From Asterionella formosa (Eukaryota), in contig NKIB01014448.1 of the NCBI GenBank assembly GCA_002256025.1, positions 1 through 43,256 of the forward strand: a stretch of 43,256 bases of DNA, read 5' to 3'. Under the pieces are notes generated by a model, which worked only from the letters and a program-made list of their open reading frames with translations, did not search any database and had not been told where the DNA came from. The first letter of the stretch is position 1; each line of letters begins with the position of its first letter. The position numbers and the translations under genes are program-made. Below, piece after piece: positions 1 through 11,809 of this stretch.

Positions 1-74
1 AGATTTGTTTCCCATGTAATGTGAAATACCGGTTGTTGAATTAGTAATCAACATTATTTGATAGTACTTTTAAA

Positions 75-240
75 ATACGTAAAAATTTAATAAATTACGT
101 GAACCATATTATAGAATTACGTGAACAAAAATTTAAGACAATGTGAACTGAATTACAGAATTAATTGAAGTATTTCAAATAATTATGTGAAGTATTTCAA
201 ATAATTATGTGAAGTATTTCAAATAATTAGGTGATCACGT
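75..240. repeat. AT-rich 22-bp-period tandem array (unit ~GAAGTATTTCAAATAATTATGT)
   Basis: GAAGTATTTC recurs at 167, 189 and 211. The degenerate A(C/T)GTGAA core recurs at about 97, 119 and 141 with the same 22-bp spacing. Confidence 0.8.
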
Positions 241-999
241 AATATATTGATGATCAGGAATGCATGCATGATACTCTGATCAAATAATGAACGTGATGTA
301 TTCAGATAATATATAGATATATTCAAGTAAGCATTTTGATGTATTCAACTAATTCATGTGATCCATTCAAAATCAACTAGGCTTATTTACGTGATGGTCA
401 CTTCACGTAATACGCGGCTTAGATGAAGAATACATAAGCTTAATTGCATTTCATTCTCATGTCATAAGCAACCCAAGAATTGGTGGCTGCGTTGTATATG
501 CATGACATAAGATGAATATTATTTGATTTGCGGTGGGTCTTGATCTTTAACTTATGAATGGATTGTGATTCAGGACATTTCGTTGTAAAATCGAACATTT
601 ATAATTAATATATACCATGCATTGCAGGTATGATCCCATCTTTTCTTCCTTTGCCAGTACTCAGCATGATGCTCCCAAAATTTAATCCGTCAGCTTGTAT
701 CTTGCAACAGAAGTACCTGGTCTTAGTACCTTCTGCGAGTTTGCTCATTTTTCCAGCTGATTAATTTATGATGGATAATTTACAAATACCATGTCCTGTG
801 TGTATGGTGGATATATCAGTGTTTTTCTGCATGTCATGCATTCCTATAATGATACGCACAGAACATTTTCACAATGGTTTGTTATATTTCGATACACCTA
901 TCAAGGATTATGTTTACACATGGAACATTCAAGCTCCTAACTATAAAGATACGGAAATATGCTGTTATGGCTGAAGTCCTCCAGCACCATTCTATATGA

Positions 1000-2778
1000 A
1001 ATGGTCTGTTGAAGAAACTGACTCATTGGAATATCGACAAACTCCAACCTTCAAAATTTTGGTCTTCAAAACTTAAAACAGGATTGAAATGGAACTAGTC
1101 CATTTGTTTGGTTACCTACTATGCATACATCAACAAACTTTTGCATCAATGAAAGCATTGTTAGTTGCAGATACACTTATGAGTTATCCTGATCGTAATT
1201 TTCCTTTCCGTATTTTTTACTAATGTTTCTGATTTTCGATTAAGAAACTTTCAAAGAATTTCGCTCTATGTCATTGAATGCGGTTCTACATGTTCACACT
1301 GAACATCATATTTGTATCTTTATTACCCTACACAGAAACTCAGCGTGTTCTCCGGTGGAGGATTTATATTGAAGAATATCTTCTCACTTTTCACAATATG
1401 AAGGGTACTGAAAATGTCAAATATTACAGATTCTATCTCTCGCCTCCCGAGGCTTGAGTCTTTGGTGGGGGATGATATTGGACCGAAATCTTCAGCATCA
1501 ACATCCATTGCTACTTTCTCAATTGAAGTAGATGATGAACCTTTGTTTACATGTTCCCTCAATCATCCAATTTTGGCAGACAATATTCAATATCCTCTGG
1601 AATATTACTTCATACATGATAGACAATTGCTGGATATACAATTGATTCTCAATCAAACAAATCATCTCATTCTCAATCAACAAACACATCCGTTAAAATT
1701 TCCCTCTATCAATTTTCATCATATACATTTAAAATATTTTGTGAAGAATCCAGGAGATACTTGACGTATTGTTATTCCTAAATCACTATCGAATCCTATT
1801 ATTTATTGGTATCATCAGATGTTAGCTCATGTGGGTATGACAAGATGAAATGCCACAGTTTCTACACATTTTTACTATCCTCCATTAAAAGCAAGAGTGG
1901 AACATATTGCAAGCATATATGAAACATGTCAAAACGTACAAAATTACCTGATTCTTGGTTTTGGTGAACTTCCACCACCAAGGAATGCATTGTTATTACA
2001 ATGCTCAGAAGTCACAGTGGATTTCATTGGTCCATGGAAGATAACAGTGACTGCGCAAGCGATTGAATTTCATGCTCCAACTTGAGTTAACACAGTCACC
2101 AATTTACCAGAAATTTCAGATATCAATAATAAGACATCAGAATATATTGCGATCAAATTTAAAAATGATTGGTTAGACAGATATCTCCGTCCAGAAGGTT
2201 GTATACATGACAATGGAGGTGAATTTACGGGTATTCCTTTCATACACATGTAAGTGTTGAATGGAATTTAAATTGGGACCATTACAGTCAAGAATCCACA
2301 AACAAATGCTATCCGTGAACGTTTACATCAATCTATCAGTAACAGTCTATGTACAAGTTATTTTAAAGGCTCATCCTCCAATCAAGGAATTTCAAGTTCA
2401 GAATATTGTGGACCCCAGTTTGCTGCATCATATGCAGCTCGAGCTACAATTTATAGTACATTGTGTATTTTCACCAGGAACATGGGTTTTTCCAAAATGA
2501 TTTGATTACAGATATGTAATTGATATTGGGATATCAAGGTTGATGAGTGGTAATTGACAAATGACTACTTCGTGATAATTTCCGTCGTCGTTCTTGCGAT
2601 TACAAAGTTGTTGATGAGGTTTTAATCCTATTGGATAATCCTACTACCTTGGATAACCATGGACGAGGTCCTTATTCTATTTATTCAAGTATATGCCAAT
2701 GGTACAGTTACTTTTCAACAAATTATGCATACTACGGAACGAATTAATATTCATTACATCAAACCTTTTCAAAGGTAA
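1000..2778 (+). mobile_element. Degenerate Ty3/gypsy LTR-retrotransposon pol remnant (RT-RNase H linker, integrase Zn finger, integrase core, GPY/F tail)
   Basis: Translation across stops and frameshifts gives QQTFASMKALLVADTLMSYPDRNFPFRIF..SDF (RT/RNase H junction) and WYHQMLAHVG...YETCQ (eroded HHCC finger). It continues with VDFIGPW, IHDNGGEFTG and NPQTNAIRERLHQ (DDE core), then GRGPYSI..ANGTVT..ERINIHYIKPF*. Integrase lying after RT/RNase H is the gypsy order. Confidence 0.9.
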
Positions 2779-2803
2779 AAGGTTTTCCCTTGGTGTGGGA
2801 AAG

Positions 2804-3003
2804 TGAGCGATCTTGCGCATCAATACAGATGTATATAGGGTTAGTGTTATATCATATATGTATCAGAACTCAATAATGAGAGAACTCGACTAACCCTCAT
2901 TGCATACTTTGGTGTCGACTTAGAGAACGAGTTACACACAAGGATTAACAAATAAGCTCATATATTCAACAAATACTACTACTTCTAGTTAGATACTACT
3001 TCA
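2804..3003 (+). mobile_element. Possible 3' LTR of the gypsy remnant
   Basis: Begins TGA right after a purine-rich tract (GGTGTGGGAAAG) about 25 bp past the integrase stop, and ends TCA. No second LTR is in the window to confirm it. Confidence 0.3.
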
Positions 3004-4626
3004 CCTGGTACTGCTGCCTTTTTCATGTGCATACAAATAATAGTAAATGTCTCAAGTATGAAGGGCGCAGAGATTACGTCGATGTACTTCCGCGGAAATC
3101 AACCGTCGTTGCGACAAACAAGGTCCGGCTAGTAGTACCGTGTGAAAGAAAGTCAAAACCCTAAGCAGTGCGTGGTAGGAGTAGTTAAAAATGGCTTCGA
3201 GTCATGTTTTATACTGGTATCCTTTTCCGACTTCTTACAGATTTGTGCAAAAATCGATCCCCTCTTTCGCCCTTTGGCACAATATTAGTTAGTTCATTAA
3301 GCTACATCAGGTTGAGATCAATTTTATACTTGAACATATTTTAAACTGAGATCTATCCATTTTAAAAGTGATAAAACTGGTTGAAGTGGCTCAAAACCAA
3401 TGATGAAAAATTTTACCATACATCTAGATATTTTTATAGGCAATGGTTAGAAAATATAATATTGTTTGCATTTTTTTCATAGTAGTTACATAGTCCTTAT
3501 ATTGGTGGTGTTTCAATTGTATCTTGTCAGTTCTGTTGAAGACTCCCCGCATTTTTCGTAGTAGTCATTGCATCATTCTTAGACTGTGGTCCTCTCATCA
3601 TAGTATTATCTAGTCATGCAATAGCAGGAGTGACCGAAGGGTGAGGAAGTGGCACCATTAAAGTTGCAACTGGTACTGTAGTGTCATTACGCATCATGGC
3701 ATGATTATTATATGTATTATTTCTATTAGGTACCTTTATTTAAATTTCTTTGTAGGATAGTAATGTACCAGCTAAAGTATTGTGGATTGGTTCATCATCC
3801 TATCCAGTCCTCACTCCGATTCTTGCAACAATGACAAAACAGCCATGTTGAGAGGAATGAGTGTTTGTGGCAAAATCTTCATTTGTTGTTCAAGTCATCA
3901 TATGTTTTCGATTAATCATCATCTACATTGCGCAGTATGTTCGTATGCAATCCGTTAAGAGCTTGAAAAGAAATCCAATGAAAACGAAATGGATCATCAC
4001 ACAACAAGAATATTTCCGGTCTGTCACCGGAGCATCGATCAGTGTTCCAACCTCAATCATATATCTAAACAACATCCATTATAGAACAGCACGATCTTCT
4101 TCTATGTTACATCGTCTCTCTAACGAGAACATAATAAATCTAGAATTGAAATGCATCATAGCAGGTGATCTGCACAAAGAAGCAAGAGACTGTCTATGTA
4201 TGGTAACAGAGTGATTCTGGTTTCGTAATTTTAATGTCTCATCAGATTTCCTTTGTTATCGTACTAGTTCCTTGCCTTAGACTACAGGAGCTCTTTGCCT
4301 TTGATGACAGGAGCGTATTCTTTGATGTATCTGGAATGGTTCAATGGATGGCATCAGTTGGCTTGCATATAGATTGATGATGCCAAAAACTTGCTTGTAC
4401 AAGAAATGACACAAAACAAATTGAAAAAATTCATCAGGTTGTGGAAAACTATGAACTCATCATGCATTGTATATATTTGAATTATGTATAATCAAAATTG
4501 ATGATAGTATACACAGGATGTGCCATTTAATGAGCGTGTTTGAACTATGCAAATGTTCAACTATACATTTTAACTTACAAATCTTTATATATGTACACAT
4601 GGCTGAAACATTTGAAATCATGTTTT

Positions 4627-4975
4627 CATGTTCCTTTTCATGCATACACTTTGCTACTGCAATGAAGGATCATCACACATGATGACGCAGAAAATGAAAG
4701 TGATAATACAAAACAATGATACTTGCAACTGGCCTAGAAGGAATGACTATTGAGAAGGGCGGAATCAATTGATGGTAAGTCAAGAGCAAATGCCTTTCAT
4801 GTTCCTTGTCATGCATACACTTCCTGAAATGAAGGATCTCCAGCAACAAATGATGCGAAAAACTGAAGTGACAATACAACACAATGGAACACCATGCAGC
4901 TAAGAATGAGTGAATGTGATGGAGAAGGGCGGAATCAACAAGCTGTGCATGCTCCCACAACATCAAGAGCAAATA
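4627..4975. repeat. Diverged direct duplication, two ~170-bp units
   Basis: CATGTTCCTT(T/G)TCATGCATACACTT...AATGAAGGATC...GAGAAGGGCGGAATCAA...CAAGAGCAAAT occurs twice in tandem, from about 4627 and about 4798. Confidence 0.75.
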
Positions 4976-5072
4976 CCAGCAAGTTGCGGTAATTTTGCTG
5001 AAACTGAGGATTTATCGTTCTTTATCCCAGATTAAAAATGTTAGTTTAAGCAAAACGACCGCAACTTGCAGG
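4976..5072. mobile_element. ~97-bp MITE with ~27-30-bp terminal inverted repeats
   Basis: Left end GCAAGTTGCGGTAATTTTGCTGAAACT; reverse complement of right end GCAAGTTGCGGTCGTTTTGCTTAAACT. A homologous copy lies at about 19630-19716. Confidence 0.75.
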
Positions 5073-5419
5073 ATGATAAATTGTTAGGAACAATACGGTA
5101 ATTATTCACCAGATTTTGAGTGCTCATAACACATTTCAGGTCAGCTGAATTTAAAAAATCAGCTGAAATGACGTAACAGATCATTGTTAGCTAAATTACC
5201 TTACTTACTACTTGTTATTATTAAAAAAAATCATTGAATGCATTTTGTTCCATTGTTTCATTGAATTTTATAAAAATACCAATGGAACGAGTGTATGTCT
5301 TGATTGTCCGTTGTTATTCTCCCATGTTTTGCTTGTGAGCAGCCAGGTCCCCGTACCATATCTACCTAATAACGTTTGTGTACAGTCGAGCAAACATACC
5401 CATATTTGCAATCGATACA

Positions 5420-6322
5420 ATGGTTGTATCGCCATCAGAGACTCGCTGGGGCGAATTTCGACGCCGAAATATTAATACTCCACCAGCGAAACAAGCTAAA
5501 ACGTTCCTTGTGATTGGCATGGCCTGTTCCTTGTACGTCTATGGGATGTTGTTCGTTCTTCAGACGCAGCAAGCCCATGAAGTCATTATGAGAGAAAACC
5601 AACGCATGGCACAGAAACGACATGATGCACGAGTCCAACGAGAATTGCAACGGCATGCCAATGCTGTCGTGGAGGCGACGAATTCTACAGCTACAGCAAC
5701 TAATGCCATGATAATGAAAAACAGTTCAAGTTATACCATTTCTCAAAACAGAACGCACCATCGACAACCACACGACGAGGCCACCTGGATGGATTCATTC
5801 CTTTCCTTTTTATCTACCACTATGATTATCGCCATACTCTGTCGACGTGCTCACATTGTTCGAACGAGCTTGATGGGATCACGAGGGGCCAACAGAAATC
5901 GAGCTTTTGCACTGTGGGTGCAACGATTGAATCGTCAAAGGCAGCGTCACGGTGAACGACCGATATCCTTGGAAGCCTTACGATTGGTGCTCCGGGACAG
6001 AGACCTAACAGGCAACGATTATGATGCCTTGTTGGATTATGAAGGCCAATCTGGTCCAGCCATGCAAGCACTATTGGAAGGAGTGGGTATGACGGACGAA
6101 GAAGTGGCACGGTGTCCCATGCGAGTGCTTCTACCAGAAGATGACATGTTACGAATACAACATGAAAAAGTTCCGACGTGTGCCATTTGTCTGGAGGACT
6201 ATGCAACTGGAGAAACCGTTCGGACAATTCCTTGTTTTCATGCCTTTCACAAGGATTGCATTGATCCGTGGTTAGCCAACAAGGCCGTGTGTCCAATTTG
6301 TAAACATCCTGCATTGCACTGA
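5420..6322 (+). CDS. Membrane-anchored RING-H2 E3 ubiquitin ligase, SDIR1-like
   Basis: C-terminal RING-H2 [42 protein letters not shown] and two hydrophobic segments. [19 protein letters not shown] resembles the pre-RING motif of plant SDIR1. First in-frame ATG is at 5420; the ORF track starts at an upstream GTG. Confidence 0.88.
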   Translation: MVVSPSETRWGEFRRRNINTPPAKQAKTFLVIGMACSLYVYGMLFVLQTQQAHEVIMRENQRMAQKRHDARVQRELQRHANAVVEATNSTATATNAMIMKNSSSYTISQNRTHHRQPHDEATWMDSFLSFLSTTMIIAILCRRAHIVRTSLMGSRGANRNRAFALWVQRLNRQRQRHGERPISLEALRLVLRDRDLTGNDYDALLDYEGQSGPAMQALLEGVGMTDEEVARCPMRVLLPEDDMLRIQHEKVPTCAICLEDYATGETVRTIPCFHAFHKDCIDPWLANKAVCPICKHPALH

Positions 6323-6905
6323 TGAGGATGGAAAAGTATGGACCGGCGTAAGGTGGGAACGGGACTTTTTGATACATAATAGGCATGTATGTTTGAGCGA
6401 GCAAGTGACACATGTCAATGCTTGGAAATATCGTTCTCAACACGGTCAAGGATTCTCAACGGTTGTCGCATGCTAGTATATTGGCATGCATGGTGAAATA
6501 CAAGTCAAGACGACAGGCTCATTTTTGAAATATATTGTGCTGGTAGAATAGGAATGTTCAGATGCTATGAATGAGACCACGGACAGAATAGTACATGTTG
6601 GCACATGCTCGATGTTGGTTTATGGCTTTTTAAATGCAAGAATCAGACAACTATTCGTACAGTAACGTTCATCTTGGTTCATGGTAGTTTTCAGATACAG
6701 GAAATCATTTACTTTTTTCATACAATTCCTGTAAGGTGCTTTAACTGGGCTGTATAATTACGAGGCAACTTGTGGATTTCATCATAGTATGATTAAGTAT
6801 AAATAGATACATTATGCTTGCTGTGATCATATGCTTAGCGTAGCTCTATCATGGTTCAGTGACGCACTGCCAATGCCAATATGTAGGAGTGCTGCGATGA
6901 AAACT

Positions 6906-7799
6906 CTAGTCTCCTTTATAAACCATATTGTCAATAGCAGACAAGAATTCAGCTCTCTGACTTCCGCCGTAGCTCACGTCCATCAAATCATTCACCTTTG
7001 CCAATGGTCCTTGCTCGAACTTTAGTCGCTTTCGGACTTCAGGTGGGAAGAGGGGTGTGAAGAGCTTTGCAAGCGCCCCAAGGAGGGCTGGAAGGTTCAA
7101 CAACAGAGTGGGTCCATTGAGCGAGGGATACAGTTTGGCAGCTACTTTTGATGCTGAGCTCAAAGCAGTGCGAAAACTAGCATCTCCTCCAATCAACTTA
7201 ACTCCACTCAAATCATTGGCAGTTACAAGACATACCAACTTGTCAGATACCAGACTCCGCTGGTTAGCAACGATTGCGTTAACTTCCTTGCAGTAGACGA
7301 AGAAATCGACCAGCTGATCGATATTTTCTAAAGCAGCCATGAGCTCAACATCGTTGATCTTTCCTGCTCTTATGCAATAGATGAGATCACCTTGAGATGT
7401 AGTCGTCGTTAGGCACGTTGAAGAAGTCAAGTATTTATTAATCAGCTTTGAATTTGGGGCTCGTGCCAAAACAGGGCCATTCGTCCAAGCTCCGTCGGAC
7501 GTGGCTTCCAAAACTGCTTCAGTGGCTGCCTTACATATGTATTTTCCGACTCCGAGTCTCCAGTCGAGGGCTTCCTTTAGTTGACTATCAGCTTCATCAC
7601 CACTCAGGGCGTATCGCAGGTAGAATACATCATTCGAATATGGTTCAACACTAATGTCGCCGACCAATGTGGATGTTTGCTCTTTTAGGGAAGCAATCTT
7701 GGATGCATATTCACTCAAAAGTGATGACACCGGTTTCTTTGACAAAGAAAACGCCAATGAAACGACTGGAAGTAGCGCGAACACAACTAATTTCATCAT
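6906..7799 (-). CDS. CRAL-TRIO/Sec14-like lipid-binding protein, probably plastid-targeted
   Basis: 297-aa ORF. DVFYLRYAL...LKEALDWR resembles CRAL_TRIO_N; DLSGV, LYPSL..LLLNLP and FTPLFPPEVRKRLKF resemble the Sec14 core. A signal peptide ending SLA-F is followed by an S/K-rich transit-like stretch (ASAFAP-type). Confidence 0.75.
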   Translation of the reverse strand: MMKLVVFALLPVVSLAFSLSKKPVSSLLSEYASKIASLKEQTSTLVGDISVEPYSNDVFYLRYALSGDEADSQLKEALDWRLGVGKYICKAATEAVLEATSDGAWTNGPVLARAPNSKLINKYLTSSTCLTTTTSQGDLIYCIRAGKINDVELMAALENIDQLVDFFVYCKEVNAIVANQRSLVSDKLVCLVTANDLSGVKLIGGDASFRTALSSASKVAAKLYPSLNGPTLLLNLPALLGALAKLFTPLFPPEVRKRLKFEQGPLAKVNDLMDVSYGGSQRAEFLSAIDNMVYKGD

Positions 7800-7890
7800 T
7801 TCGAATGTTTATGATTTTTTTTGTTGCCCTTGTTTGTTTAGATTTTAAGCATCTTGAAGTACGTATGCACTCGTTGTATGGGGTACCAAG

Positions 7891-9409
7891 AAGGTCCGGT
7901 AGCGCACGTTTTATGCGCACCTTTTCAGTTTCGACGCAATGCAAATGGATCGTCTCATGCCGCTTTTCATTCCAAACTCCTCTCTTAAGTCACTTTCTTC
8001 AATGTTAAATTATCATTCAATAAATTCAAGTGTTCTTCTGATCATCGAAATCGTGTTCACTACTACTACTGGTAACGGTATTCAGCAACTGGATGATGGT
8101 TTGCTAATGGAATTCACCAATTAAAAAGTCAGTATCTTCTAGTATAGTCAGCACTTTCAAGTCATACTCAGCAGTTTCTAGTTGTAGTCTGCAGTTTCTA
8201 GTGATAGTCAGAAAATTCTTGCTGCTGTCAGAAAATTCTAATCATTGTCAGGAGATTTCTAGACATATCAGCAATCATAAGCAAAGGGTCATTTTGAAAA
8301 TGTCAATGGACTATTAATTGACATTACTTAAATAGAGAATCAAACAAAAATTCGTTCGACCTACAGATTATCGTAGTGTAGCGTGCTGCTAACTGTAAAA
8401 GCAAGTATCAAATCTGTAAGTAACTTCGTCGTTTTGAATTGTGGATCATCTAAACTATGTGAAGCGATGCGCCTTTGGCGACTTTCAATTTTCGTTGTCA
8501 ATATTAGTGTTATTACAATTATTTTTTTACGAGTTTATTATCTATGTTGTGTTGGATATATTTACCAGATATCATAGAGTCGTTTTCATTTTCCATGGAG
8601 AAATTCGTTATTTTCGACATGGTCAAGGCAGAGATGGCATGATGCAGGATTCTCCAGCCTCAAACAAGAACTACACTCTAGCATTTCATAGAAAGAATGA
8701 AATCGTAACATCTAAAATACCTAATTATGTACTAGCTTCTATAAGGGCTACCTCGGGTACCAGTACCCTGAAAATATATACCGGTATCCTATGTAGCCAT
8801 AGTATATATGTGATAGTATATGTACGATATTGCAAATAGTATAGCGGTACCCCAGCAGGCTGTTGCATCTGGCGCGGCGTAATGACTGTGACCATGTATA
8901 TAGATATGATGTTACATATACTTAAATGCAGTTTTGGCAAGGCAATCAGGGGGTAATAGCTGTGTTTGTCGTTCATGTAAATAGTTTATAGGCATGAGGG
9001 TCACTCAGAAAATCTACTGGTATTCTTATTCACAAGTTCTAGTTTTCGTCAGCAAATTCTAGTCGCTGTCAGCAAGTTTTAGTCGTAGTCAGCAAATTTT
9101 AGTAATTATCAGCAAATTCTAGTCATTGTCAGCGAGTTATAAATGTAGAAAGGTAGGATTCCTATGTGGATTCCGAAGCTAGAAGTCGGTTTGCTGATCC
9201 CCTTCATCAGTCAGCTAATCCGAGTCGTGTTCAGAGACTGACTCTGCAAATTTTCATCGGTCAATAAGAGTAAGTTTTTCCTAAATTACTTAAGGAATAT
9301 TATTTTCATCGAAAGCTGGCCTAACTCGTCCGGCAGCAGGCATGAGATGATCCATTGGGAGTGCATCGAAACTGAACAAGTGCTCATAAAACATGCACTT
9401 CCTGACCTT
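7891..9409. mobile_element. Non-autonomous long-TIR DNA transposon, long copy, with two internal 20-bp arrays
   Basis: Left end (7891 to about 7966) is inverted relative to the right end (about 9312-9409). 7891-8275 aligns with 11325-11697. GTCAGCAAATTCTAGTCRTT-type arrays lie at about 8128-8275 and 9048-9140. Confidence 0.75.
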
Positions 9410-9695
9410 TCAGGGATACTACCTGGTGGTACAGTATTGCTTATTGTTCAATAACCATGTAATACCCAGATGTAAGTCAGTCATCACAAAATATTTATTA
9501 ATTTGTATACATGTATATATCATACAGTTTATGCTACAAGGGTACTATGATATCCACAGTATACTTGGTACTCCGCCCTCCTGGCAAAAACAATTGTGTC
9601 AAATGTTAAAATTTATCCAGGGCCATTTTGATGATTAGGATTTTTTCCGGCTCAGTTACCATAATGAGCACAATCACATGAGCTACAGATCCATT

Positions 9696-10013
9696 TATAA
9701 AGATAGTAGTATGTTTTATAGCCCATTTGTACTCACCTATTTCTAGGCAAATATTTCATTTTGCTACCTGCCGACAAGACCTGTGCTTCCCTTGTTTTGT
9801 TAGCATAGGTGAGTCCCCAACCACCATTTCGCAAAAGGTGGTCATCTTAGCCGCAGTGTCAAGGGAAACTCCGACCGCCTAGGAAGGCGGCACAAGCTGC
9901 TTGTAGGGGGGCAACCCACTATTTCTTGTGTACCAGGCAAGACCGTGTGGGACAGTAAGGAGTGTGGGAGTCAAACCAACAATTGCTTCGCAAAAAAATT
10001 GCGGGAATCGAAC
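9696..10013 (-). mobile_element. tRNA-derived SINE family A, 5'-truncated copy
   Basis: Aligns over about 300 bp with 13100-13382. Retains a B-box on the minus strand (GTTCGATTCCC, 10003-10013); the A-box part is missing. Confidence 0.75.
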
Positions 10014-10628
10014 ATTGCCGAAATGACGATTTGGACATCTTGGATATTCATGCCTGAAGATCCAATAGTAAAATATATAATCTGGCTAGCTTGGATAGCG
10101 GTTATCTTTCATTCGTGGCATGATTTCTTTTGAATACTAATATGCTAGAATTCGATTTGGCAGGAACTGTTTTAGGGTCAAACTCATTCACCTATCGAAA
10201 ACCCCCCAAAACAAAAAATTGGGGAGTTTTATCAGAGAGCTAGATTCCATCAGGGTCAAAAATATGTCCTATTCAAGATTTGCCACATAATAGTTATCCT
10301 TGAAGAGTTCAATACTTGTGCAGACAAGTTACTTGGCTGATGCAACTAAATGTCGAAACATCGTTTCTCTAGTCCTTTTTTCTCGTCGTTCTAAATTGCA
10401 TGCTTGCGAATTGAATAGGGTGCCATTTACATCGCATGCGGTGACAAGCGAAACTTTTTGACTGCACTTACTGAAAAGCTCAGTATTGTTAACAAGAGAA
10501 TCTCGAAATTTCGTTAAAATGTTTCATATCTGCTGCTTTGGATTATTCTTTCAACTATGCCATTTTTCCAACAGTTTGGTTAGCGCAAAATGGCAAGTCA
10601 TGACATTTTGGAATCCGTCTTCACACAA

Positions 10629-11009
10629 CTATCTTCCTTTCGGGTATTCATCAGCTAGCTCTACCTTAAGTGGATCGTCTCGTTTGAACAGTTCGTGATA
10701 GGCATTGTCTTTTATGTAAGTTCCAGTGCTGAAATCCCACTTTGGATCCGAGCCAGCGTCGCGAGATCCGCTGTTCAGAAATGCTCCTCGTCTCACGGCA
10801 GCCGCACTCAACGGGTCATCTTTATCATTCAACGAACCCACCCACCACATGGAAATAGCCGGAATCGAAATTGCGAAACTGAGAAATCCAAGAACACCAA
10901 CGAGAGTTGCATTTCTCGATTTTTGTTCAACTTCCAGAACCTTTTTGGTCGGTTTCAATACATGTCGTCGCAACTCTCGCGCTAAATGAGGAGGAAGTTG
11001 TGCGGCCAT
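10629..11009 (-). CDS. Small single-pass membrane protein of unknown function (126 aa)
   Basis: ATG preceded by an in-frame stop, one TM segment (TLVGVLGFLSFAISIPAISMWWV), then a conserved-looking RRGAFLNSGSRDAGSDPKWD motif. Coding-like composition within AT-rich repeats. Confidence 0.7.
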   Translation of the reverse strand: MAAQLPPHLARELRRHVLKPTKKVLEVEQKSRNATLVGVLGFLSFAISIPAISMWWVGSLNDKDDPLSAAAVRRGAFLNSGSRDAGSDPKWDFSTGTYIKDNAYHELFKRDDPLKVELADEYPKGR

Positions 11010-11324
11010 ACTCTATCTGGACCACTGGGCGTCAAGGCGCGGAGCAGCCGAAGTGGAAAGGCGAGGTGTTGTGAACGTGACACATATATATGGCCAAGAA
11101 GGCTGATGTGATACCGTTAGCAGGTACCCTGGTACCCTTGTCTATATCTTAGCAACCAGTACTCCTCGACTGGAGGAGTCCTATCTTACCGGTACCGGTA
11201 TATGAGTACAGAATTCTTGTCTATCGGTATATGGCAATGATACTGGACTGGAAGGTCCGGTAAAACACTTCTTTACTTAAGAGACGAATAAGCTAAATAT
11301 CTCGAATACCGGACATTCCTCTAG

Positions 11325-11809
11325 AAGGCCCAGTAGGGCACGTTTCATGCACACATACCGGTATTCAGTTTCGACTCACTCCCAATGACTCCTCCCATGC
11401 CTACCGGACGAGATAGGCTGGCTTTCCATTCCAAACTCTCTTAAGTAAATTTCTATAATGTTAAATTATCAATCATTAAACCCAAGTCGTGCTCTTATCA
11501 TCGAAATCGTGTTCTCCTACTACTACTGTGTAATGATATTCAGCAACTGGTAGACGGTTTACTAATGGAATTCACCAATCAGTAGCTTCTACTAATGCTC
11601 GTAGTCAGCAATTTCTGGTCATTGTCAGCAAATTCTAGTCGTTGTCAGCAAGTTCTAGTTGTTGTCAGCAAATTCTAGTCATTGTCAGCAAGTTCTAAAA
11701 AATTATTTTCATCGAAAGCTGGCCTACATTGTCCAGCAGGCATGAGATGATACATTGGGAGTGCGTCGAAACTGGAAAGGTGCACATAAAATGTGCGCAA
11801 CAGGACCTT
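11325..11809. mobile_element. Non-autonomous long-TIR DNA transposon, short copy (~485 bp, ~100-bp TIRs, five 20-bp internal repeats)
   Basis: 11325-11425 is the imperfect reverse complement of 11715-11809. GTCAGCA repeats occur at 11604, 11624, 11644, 11664 and 11684. Confidence 0.85.

Noticed and set aside
3500..4450. Possible decayed transposase on the minus strand (similar stretches at 12100-13070 and 15000-16000)
   Set aside because: Many stops and no motif I can name with confidence.
11604..11697. Regular GTCAGCAA(A/G)TTCTAGT repeats resembling a CRISPR array (also 8128-8275 and 9048-9140)
   Set aside because: The 20-bp units abut with no unique spacers, lie inside a TIR element, and there are no cas genes in this eukaryotic context.
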